This document shows positions 56,201 through 64,000 of a stretch of 64,000 bases of DNA, one piece after another. Position 1 is the stretch's first letter. Each line of letters starts with the position of its first letter. The stretch is from Oikopleura dioica (lineage: Eukaryota > Animalia > Chordata): NCBI GenBank assembly GCA_907165135.1, contig OU015569.1, positions 1,054,001 through 1,118,000 on the forward strand, given 5' to 3'. The notes beneath the pieces are model-generated. The model was not told the DNA's origin and did not search any database. It saw only the letters and a list, made by a program, of their open reading frames with translations. The translations under genes were made by a program, and so were the position numbers.

Positions 56201-57375
56201 TAAAATACATTTAATCAGGGCGTAAAAGTAAACCTTCAAGTCCCGAACCGAATCTAATCAATTTCTATTTAAATATCAAAAGTAATTTGATAAAGGCGCT
56301 TCTTGGCTGCTTGCAAAAATTAGATTTCGCGCGCTTCAAAAATAACCCTTCCAACTTTAGGTGGTGGAGAAATGCAAGGAATTCGAGACGATCATTCAAA
56401 GACAGAAGGCAGAAATTGACGATTTGCGGTCGCGATTGTTCGAGCGAAAGAAGCTGGAGGAAATATGGAAGGAGACGCTGACCACGATGCTCGCCGAGTA
56501 CAGGACTAGATGCGAGAATCACCAGGTTTTTTAATAGTCGGAGTTGACTTTTGAGTTTCAAGACTTTTTGGACGCGAAATAAACGCTCTTTTAGACTAGT
56601 ACAGAGACCTTAGAAGAAAAGCTAAACGTCACTGCTGCGAAATTGAAGATCATCACGGCCACTTCTCCATCTTCCGACTCACTTTCTTCTAGCCTCATTT
56701 CTCCAAAAGGAAAATTCGCAAAGACCCTTCAGCGCCTTGCCGGTAACGCTTCAGAATCGTCGCTCCCGCTGCGCAAGCTGAAGATCAAGTCGAGGACGGG
56801 AGCGACGGAAGGAGAGCCCTGCGCCAAACGAGGGCGCATCTCTCTTTCTGACAGCCAGAAGATGCGAACGTACTCGAGCGAGGATGGAAGCGAAACGAGC
56901 GAGAACAGCGAGTGCAGAATGAGCCCAGATTCAGGATGGAACTCGGGCGACTCTTCCGATGCTTCGATGAACTCTCCTCCCGGTAAATTTTCAAAATAAT
57001 AATTTAATTATTATTATTAAATAATTATATAATTAAAATTATAATAAATTTAAAATTTTATTCAATTATTATTAATATTAATAAAATTTATAGAAATAGA
57101 AAAAAAATTAAAATATTATTATTAATAATAATTTATTATCTAAATTTTTAATTATTTATTTATAAAAATTTTTAGTATCGAGCTCGATCGACGATTTCGA
57201 ATTGGACTCTGGATCAATCTTCACGGACGTCGACCGGTTCGTGGACATCTTCTCCGAAATCCGCGATCTCGAGCCAACGTCGATTTTCTCTTCGGACATT
57301 TCTGACATCTCCTCGCCGTGGGAAGCCTCCCTCGCAAGTATGTCGAACAGCGATCTTCTTCACGGCTCGTTCTGA
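53254..57375 (+). CDS. Uncharacterised about 405-aa protein: Ser/Lys-rich N-terminus, coiled coil, Ser-rich and acidic tail
   Basis: Five phase-compatible GT-AG exons 53254-53376, 53826-54167, 56361-56525, 56595-56982, 57176-57375; VVEKCKEFETIIQRQKAEIDDLRSRLFERKKLEEIWKETL heptads; C-terminus DDFELDSGSIFTDVDRFVDIFSEI...LLHGSF*. Confidence 0.65.
55058..55302. mobile_element. hAT-like palindromic MITE family B, copy 5 (intronic)
   Basis: ctaggctcggcaacctgtg / cacaggttgccgagcccag; TSD ggataagt/ggataaac. Confidence 0.85.
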
Positions 57376-58009
57376 CTCCAAAAATGCGCCCGTGAATGCC
57401 GCCTCTTCCCAGAAGAACTCAGCCTGAAATTAATTCAACAAAAAAAAAAGAAAAAAATGAATATTCAATTCAAAGCCGAGAAAAATCAGCATTGTGGAAG
57501 AAGCAACTATCACTAGTAGCGAAGAGCCTATCCGCGAGCTTGTAAATTTGATACTTGACCCTATTAAATCGGAATCTGTCTGTAATCGAAATAGAAATAG
57601 AATTTCTATTGTTGCAAATTCTGGATCGGATGAAGATCCTCAAATGTGTATATTCCTCCTTTTTCGCGAAAACGAAATAAATCTCAAACTTTCAAAAATT
57701 GAATATTGTACTTCATCGCGTCTTTTTTGAAGCATAATTTTCCGAAGATAAAAAATATCAAATTGGCACTTGCAGTGAATCTATCTCGGCGCTTTTGAAA
57801 ATCACGTTTTATTAGTAATTTCTACTTTTTTGCGGATGCCGATAGGGAAACTATTTTCGGAGAATAAAACCTTCCTGACTATCCGGTGCACGTTTTGCTC
57901 TTTTAACACTGATCGAATGGCAATTTAGATAATAATCCGTGTCCCGAGCTAACAAATTATAAAAGAAACTAGATAATCGTCTAAATTTATTTTCTGAAAG
58001 ACGTTTGTT

Positions 58010-58060
58010 ATGTCCCCGAATGTCCCCAAATGTCCCCGAATGTCAACAAATGTCCCCAAA
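58010..58060. repeat. 10-bp tandem repeat (ATGTCCCCRA)x5 followed by an A/T-only tract
   Basis: atgtccccga atgtccccaa atgtccccga atgtcaacaa atgtccccaa. Confidence 0.7.
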
Positions 58061-59390
58061 TTATTAAAATTATATAAATTAATAAAAAATATTTTTTATT
58101 AATTTTTATTTTTATTTAATAAAAAAAAAATTAATAAAAAAAATTTTTTATTAATTTTTATTTTTATTTAATAAAAAAAAATTAGTAAATTTAATTAAAA
58201 AATTAATAAATTTTTTTTTTATATTAAAACCGCACTTGATAAATGATAACTTGTCCAGTAAAAGCAGGAATAGAATATATCGGTCAGATTTAAAATTAAA
58301 TTTGCACGAATTTAGCATGAGCTTATGGAAGGTGATATGAAGAAAGGGATGGGCGCGGTTAATCCTTCTAAAAGAAAACGCGCGTTCACAAAGATTCAAT
58401 CTCAACGTGCTCCGGATTTCGAAACGTACGTCAGGCGCAACATAAAATACGCTTTCTGGCTGAAAACGTTCCCGTTTCTCCCGTTTATCTATTCGTAACA
58501 ATTCTAAACGCGGGCTGATTATCTCCTCTGTTTACTACATACCAACAGATAAAACGAACATGTGCTTGTTTGGCACTTTCGCTGGATTTTGTAAATTAAT
58601 CTTATTCAAGCAATATTTGAATTTACGTTTTACGGACGTAAAAAGTGGCTCCCTAATTGAGAAAGAGGAGCTTTTGTTTTCCGAAAAATCAAGGTGGGAA
58701 ATCTTCGATAACACGAAAGCTGGTCGACTCCTTTAATCCCATTCCCATTCTTTCATTTGAAAAAAATAAAGCTCCTTCCAAGACTTGCCAATGAGATGAG
58801 ATTTCATCGATACTTTTGATACTTTGCATACGCGATTGTCAATTATTCCTCCTCTTAATCGGCACACCCCAATTTACGGCTTTATTGGCAAGTCAAAAAG
58901 CTAAACTAAGTCAAAAACTAGTCAATCAAAAAAATAGCGACGATGGGAATTTGACTAGAAAGAGAGCTAGAAAAGCGAGAAAGAGTGAAAAACAAGAGAG
59001 GTGCTGTAAATAGGCATGAGATCCCGGATCTCTTTGGAATCGCGTGAACATAGTTTTCTAAACACGCAGTTTGTGTTTTCGAGGTTTGATCTGTCGGGTT
59101 TTGATATGTGCTTTGCGAGCGTAATCAGGTTATGTCCTCTCCCGAGTATCCTCAACATAACTCCCTAGAATGAGCCCTAAAACGCGTCAAACGTGCTCCG
59201 TAAAATCAGAATCCTATTTTCGATCAGACTTATTTGATTTTTAAGGCAATTTAATTTTACCATTTCAAAGCAAGCGCACATGTGAAAAATGCTAAATTGT
59301 AGCGTACTCTTCATAATCCACTCATGCCCTTTACAAGCAACCGATTAAAGCAAAATTATTAAAAAATATAACGAAGAAATTCGGAAAAAA

Positions 59391-61707
59391 ATGGCGACTG
59401 TTTACGGTAAGCGTATTCGTGATAATGGAAAAATAATGGAGCTTCAGAAGCTGATATACACACAATGGAAACAGGACTACCAACAGGAGTTAAGAGTTAT
59501 TCGATAATGATGTTATTTTATTGATAAAACATCGCCGTCATAATTAACTCGAGAATAATTTTTTAAAAGACTTTTACATGATGCTCTTTGGGAAATGGTC
59601 TTTTTCAGCTTCGAAGCAGCAAATTATCCCTTCTCTTGTTACAAAATTAAAAGTGGAAAAAGAAAAAGACCTGAAATAGAGTGTTAATCATCGCTTTTTT
59701 AATCGTCATTGGTTTCAGTAAGTCCACGATTTGTGTTGTATGGAGATTGATAAATTGAAAATTGTAGTGTTTGTGGCATATTTTGTGCTGGTTTTGACGA
59801 TACGAATTCGAGCTGCAATAAAACGGTAAATGAGTTATTTATTTTTCTTGTTTTTTTTTCAATATTTTAGGAATATGCGCAAAAAACTTGAAGAAAAAGA
59901 AAGGATCGATGGCGGGGTTTTTAAGTCAACAACTCGGTATTTTAATTTTGAGTTTTGTTTCAAAGATAGACAACAATTTTCAATTTACCAGCGGTGCATA
60001 CAACGTAGCCACCTGGGCTCGGCAACCTGTGTAGAAAACCTGAGTCAGGGTCTACAGATCAAAAATGAAAAGCGGCTTCGTAGATATAACTTGCTTGATT
60101 TATAACTGATTTCTGCGGCTTCGTTTTAAAAAAAGCCGCTACGCGGCTTTTCATTTTAGATCTGTAGACCCTGACTCAGGTTTTCTACACAGGTTGCCGA
60201 GCCCAGCTAGCCACACTGATCGGTCTCTATGTAACTGGAAAAAAGAAGAGCACGAAAGTGACGCTGAGCCAGAAGAACGGCCGTCCCTTTACATCAGCTC
60301 AGTTGATGGTGAGTTAGAAGATTGCCCGTTAGTGAGCTCATCTGACTGATTCTACGCAAGCACGTTTGCTCTAGCGCACGTAAAATTCGCGCTGAAGCAG
60401 ATGATGCTCCTTTCGTTTATTTGACAAGAATGAAGGAACTATAGAGGAGGACGTTTTTATCGCTTTAAAAAGCGGCGTCGGGATGATTCGAAATCAAAAC
60501 GCGACATAGATTTTTTTGTTTTCACGTCTTGGAGATATTTTTCCAAGCAGGAATAGAAGGCAGCTAGCCGATTCTTGAGATTGTTTTCGTAAGATAAGCT
60601 CGAAAAAGGTAGCTCACAAAAGATTAATTCAGATTATTCGGCCAGCATTAGAACAATAATAGTTCTAACTAATTGCTCTTATAATTCAATTAAGACAGCG
60701 CAGGAAAAGTACAACATCGCGGTATTGGAAGACATAATGAATGGTACCTGTTCAGTCGATGGCCGGGCTCGGCAACCTGAGTAGAAAACCTGAGTCAGGG
60801 TTCTAAAAGAGAAAACTGAAAAGCCGCGTAGCGGCTTTTTTTTAACGGAGCCGCAAGGTCAAAATAATTCATTGAGTTGGTAGCTTTGGCGAAGCCGCTT
60901 CGCGGCTTCGTTAGAAAAAAGCCGCTACGCGGCTTTTCATATTACTCTTTTAGAATCCTGACTCAGGTTTTCTACTCAGATTGCCAAGCCCAGGTCGATG
61001 GAGCTCCCAACTAATCAATTCTAGTGGAAGAGACGGATGATGAGGGCGGCTCGAGTTCGGAGGGAGAAGATGCAGAGGCAGGAATGGACTTCAAGGTCTC
61101 TCTTTGAATTGATTGATCGCTGATTGTTAGCAAGCCGAGATTGAAGGTCTCCGGAATGCGAAGCAGAATTTTTCGATCAGAAACTGTTTACACAATTTCT
61201 GATACATTTTCTATCACAGTCAGATTGGAATCCATCTGATAAGCGGAAGTAGAGCCATCACATCGATTCGGTAATAAGGGTGCAAATTAAATGTCGAGAT
61301 TTTAGGTGCAAGAAGCTTGCGATGAAGATTGCGAGCTAGAGTTTTAACTCCTCGAGAATAATTGACGCGTGATAATAATATTGAACTCAAAGATCAGCAA
61401 GAAGACGATGACGACGGAGACGACGACGGAGGCGAGGAGGAAGCGGAGGAAGACGACGCCGTTTGTTCCGAGGTGAAACCGGTCAAGGCCGTAGTCAAGC
61501 AATTTAACCTATTCTAGTTTTCATTTGTAAGATTCTTGGCGCCGCTTAGTTTTAAATAGTAGTACTCTGTTACTAGAACTAACCCAGTACTGACCAGTCG
61601 TAGAATAGCTGTCAAAATGCAGTTTTACTTTTGAATATTTTTTTGTTCAGGACGATGCGAGTATCAGCTACGACGAAGCGATTTACGATGAGCTTGATCG
61701 CTGTTGA
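59391..61707 (+). CDS. Putative uncharacterised acidic protein, multi-exon; one exon interrupted by a family B MITE
   Basis: MATVY|gtaagc start; exons KLKVEKEKD, MRKKLEEKERID, DRQQFSIYQRCIQ, SHTDRSLCNWKKEEHESDAEPEERPSLYISSVD (60207-60308, donor GTGAGT), VEETDDEGGSSSEGEDAEAGMDFK (61025-61095), QEDDDDGDDDGGEEEAEEDD, DDASISYDEAIYDELDRC*. Some 5' joins need non-canonical donors. Confidence 0.5.
60013..60206. mobile_element. hAT-like palindromic MITE family B, copy 6 (exon-interrupting, candidate intron)
   Basis: TIR ctgggctcggcaacctgtgtagaaaacctgagtcagggtctacagatc / gatctgtagaccctgactcaggttttctacacaggttgccgagcccag; TSD gtagccac/ctagccac. Confidence 0.9.
60763..60993. mobile_element. hAT-like palindromic MITE family B, copy 7 (intronic)
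   Basis: Perfect TSD gtcgatgg (60755-60762, 60994-61001). Confidence 0.9.
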
Positions 61708-61799
61708 AGGCAATTATTTATTTATTCAAGATTTCGAAAATATAGTTTTTCTCAATTTCGATTCCAGTTCTCTTGTCTATTGATTCTCCCTTGAAAATT

Positions 61800-62050
61800 A
61801 GCGAAGCCAAGCACTTGATGGAATGTTCGGAATGAAATGCAGATGATCACAATCCAGCTTGAGCGGGTTTCAAGAAAAGCTAACGCTTATTTTACTATTC
61901 TGGTTGAGACCCTTGGCATGTCACAATCAGGAAAGTGTAGAAGTACTCGACAGTTATTCCGTGGTCGTCGTCCACGTCGTCAATCAAGTCCGTCTTGTCG
62001 ATAGTCTCTTCCATGATATCATGGAGGAGATCGCTGATCTTCTGCAGTTT
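61800..62050 (-). CDS. Possible 3' exons of a small unidentified gene
   Basis: After an acceptor ctgcag: KISDLLHDIMEETIDKTDLIDDVDDDHGITVEYFYTFLIVTCQ, protein-like; upstream exons unresolved. Confidence 0.3.
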
Positions 62051-62514
62051 CAATCTCAATATAACTTTGTTCATATTACTCGGGTGCTGTTTTTCATATG
62101 CTCTGCTTATTTCCTAATATTTATATGTTTAATAATTTTATGATTCGAGGGAATTTATTATGCACAAAGATCTTCAATAAGTAATGGAATCGAGAGTTCG
62201 CCTAAATTGCATACATTATTTAGTAAAAAAGGAAATCAACAATATGACATCATAAGAATAAAATGACAGTTATCGACAGTATTCCTTTGATAAAAGTGAT
62301 GCTACCTATAAGTGCAATGGGCCATGGCCATAGTTATGGGCCATATAAAAGCTTATTTTCCCACTTTAGTCCTTGCGTTTTCCCTTTTTCATTTCTGGAT
62401 TTGATTTTCGAGCCGGACCAGCCGATATATAACTTGCGCACCGAGCCGGTTTTCCTCAGTTTCCTCAGAGACTCAACTTCAAATTGAATTTTTTTCAATA
62501 AAAAACTTTTTACG

Positions 62515-63425
62515 ATGGATCAGGACAAGAAAGCTGCGCAAAATCGACGAAATCGGTTACGGTACTGGACGAAGAAATTGACGCCCAAACTCGGAGCGGG
62601 GCATTTTCAAGGAAACGAGGGTTGGCCCGGAAAAAATGGACCCGAAGCTCGCGACCACTTCTACGACGAGGAACTTGAAAAGGTTCTGCTTCTTCTCGAT
62701 TTGGGAGCAAAAGAGGTCAATTTCAAGGGAAGATGGTTAATTGTAACTTAAAATAGTATATAAGAGCCTTCTTTAACCAGTTTTAAACAAGATATTATAA
62801 TATACAGTTGACTCGCACAATTCGGCCCTTGCGATTCTCACTAAAAATGATTAGCAACAATCTTATGATTCGGACCCGCACAATTGGGCCCTATTTTGAA
62901 AAATTGGAAAAACAAAATAGGATGGAATTGTGTGAGTTGACTGCAAGTATACAAAGAAATTATCCACTCTTAAAAGTTCTGGGCCACTACTCAGGGGGAA
63001 CAGGACAAAGACATCGTTGCACACGGATGGCGAGTGAAATTTGTTGGCTGCTGCAAGGACCTGAATACTGATGTACTCTACGGCGATGGATTTCATCACT
63101 TTTCCCTCGAAAAAATCGGTATTTAGATTAACTATGACAATAACTAATTGTTGCTTCATTAGGCGGCGGTCCAAAGATCAAATGCGAGGCGACTGAATAC
63201 TGGTGGTACTACGACCATGTTGTTGGATCGGAGAAGACCAAGGTCACCGAAGGTGGCAAGATCGAGATGAAATTGAAGCGGCAAGTTCGATCCGCTTACG
63301 TGGTCGTCAACTGCTGGATTCTCCCAGAAGATTCTCCTGTGGCACCAACTGAAGAATCTTCTGACGAAGAACCCGACCATGATGCGGCGATCGACGTCGA
63401 CGAGGGGGGCTGCAGCGTTATGTGA
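62515..63425 (+). CDS. About 201-aa protein ending in a CaaX motif (CSVM), possibly a discoidin/F5-8C-like beta-sandwich
   Basis: Exons 62515-62715, 62977-63118, 63163-63425, phase-compatible GT-AG introns; ...EKVLLLLDLGAKE-FWATTQGEQDKD...AYVVVNCWILPE...DVDEGGCSVM*; AATAAA at about 63478. Confidence 0.75.
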
Positions 63426-63793
63426 AGTTAGATCTACTAATGCCTGCTTATCGGATCCATCGTGCCTGTTTTATGAGAATAAATCAAGTGCTTGAAATAA
63501 GTATAAATGCCCTAAAGTGTGATCTTGTTTACGCATTGAAATAAGTGCTAAAAGAGATAAATTTTCACTATTGAAAATTCATCAAATAAATTTCGGCGGA
63601 TATCAAGAAATATTTATTAGTCGACGGTTCGCCATTTGAAAAAAATAGATAAATGTGCAATATATTCAATATTCAGTAAGTTGGACAGTATTCGACAGGC
63701 GCTATAAATAATTTCAAGAAGTGGTTCTGTGTCGCCATTAGTCTTCGAGGATTCGCAATTTTACGGTTGAACTGAGGTAGAGGCAGTGGAAAT

Positions 63794-64000
63794 CTACTTT
63801 TTTTTCATGAAGAAGCTCGAGATACTTGGCTGGTGCTTTGGCTTGGCCACGGTTTTCTTCGCCGCTGGTTTTGGAGCTGACTGGATTTTCTGAACGAAAA
63901 ATGAGACTCAACAAAGTAAGATTAATAGAGAACCTGTGGAGCTGGTTTTGCTTTCGCCTCTTCCTCGATCTCGCTTGGATCTACTTCGACCTCTACGTAG
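63794..64000 (-). CDS. POLD3: 3' end of a POLD3-like (DNA polymerase delta p66 subunit) gene, partial
   Basis: YVEVEVDPSEIEEEAKAKPAPQ|KIQSAPKPAAKKTVAKPKHQPSISSFFMKKK*: C-terminal PIP box QxxIxxFF after an acidic and then Lys/Pro-rich linker, as in p66. Only the last two exons are visible. Confidence 0.6.

Noticed and set aside
60755-60993. Family B copy 7 also has a GT-starting TSD and terminal AG
   Set aside because: After removal the frame of the downstream exon contains a TAA just upstream, so this copy lies inside an ordinary intron.

Overview
Eukaryotic animal DNA with very compact genes (many 34-60 bp introns, several starting GA or GG instead of GT). This strongly suggests the larvacean tunicate Oikopleura (inference from gene architecture, not from a database search). 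Genes reconstructed by hand: a sigma-type glutathione S-transferase (-), a FAM120-like PIN/XPG-fold protein with a long low-complexity tail (+), a PWWP-domain protein (+), a complete but strongly divergent Notch receptor (-, 13234-25811, 35 EGF repeats), a GT31 glycosyltransferase (+), a peripherin-like tetraspanin (-), several uncharacterised multi-exon genes, a small CaaX-terminated protein and the 3' end of a POLD3-like gene with a terminal PIP box. Introns and the gene-poor 35-53 kb interval are full of non-autonomous DNA transposons: hAT-like (8-bp TSD), TTAA/GG Kolobok-like, GG-ended 8-bp-TSD elements, a TTAGGG/G-tract element and long foldbacks. No transposase, rRNA, tRNA or CRISPR array was recognised. 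Best leads: (1) a hAT-like MITE at 60013-60206 whose left TSD starts with GT and whose right end is AG, so one splice removes element plus one TSD and restores an open frame (introner-like); (2) five perfect CSL/Su(H) sites in 4.2 kb of Notch introns, in a Notch that lacks the WFP-type RAM motif and has rearranged LNR-A/EGF cysteines; (3) a PAM2-like motif in the FAM120 tail; (4) target-TE-target-TE-target double insertions at two loci. All exon boundaries and counts were made by eye and need computational or RNA-seq confirmation.
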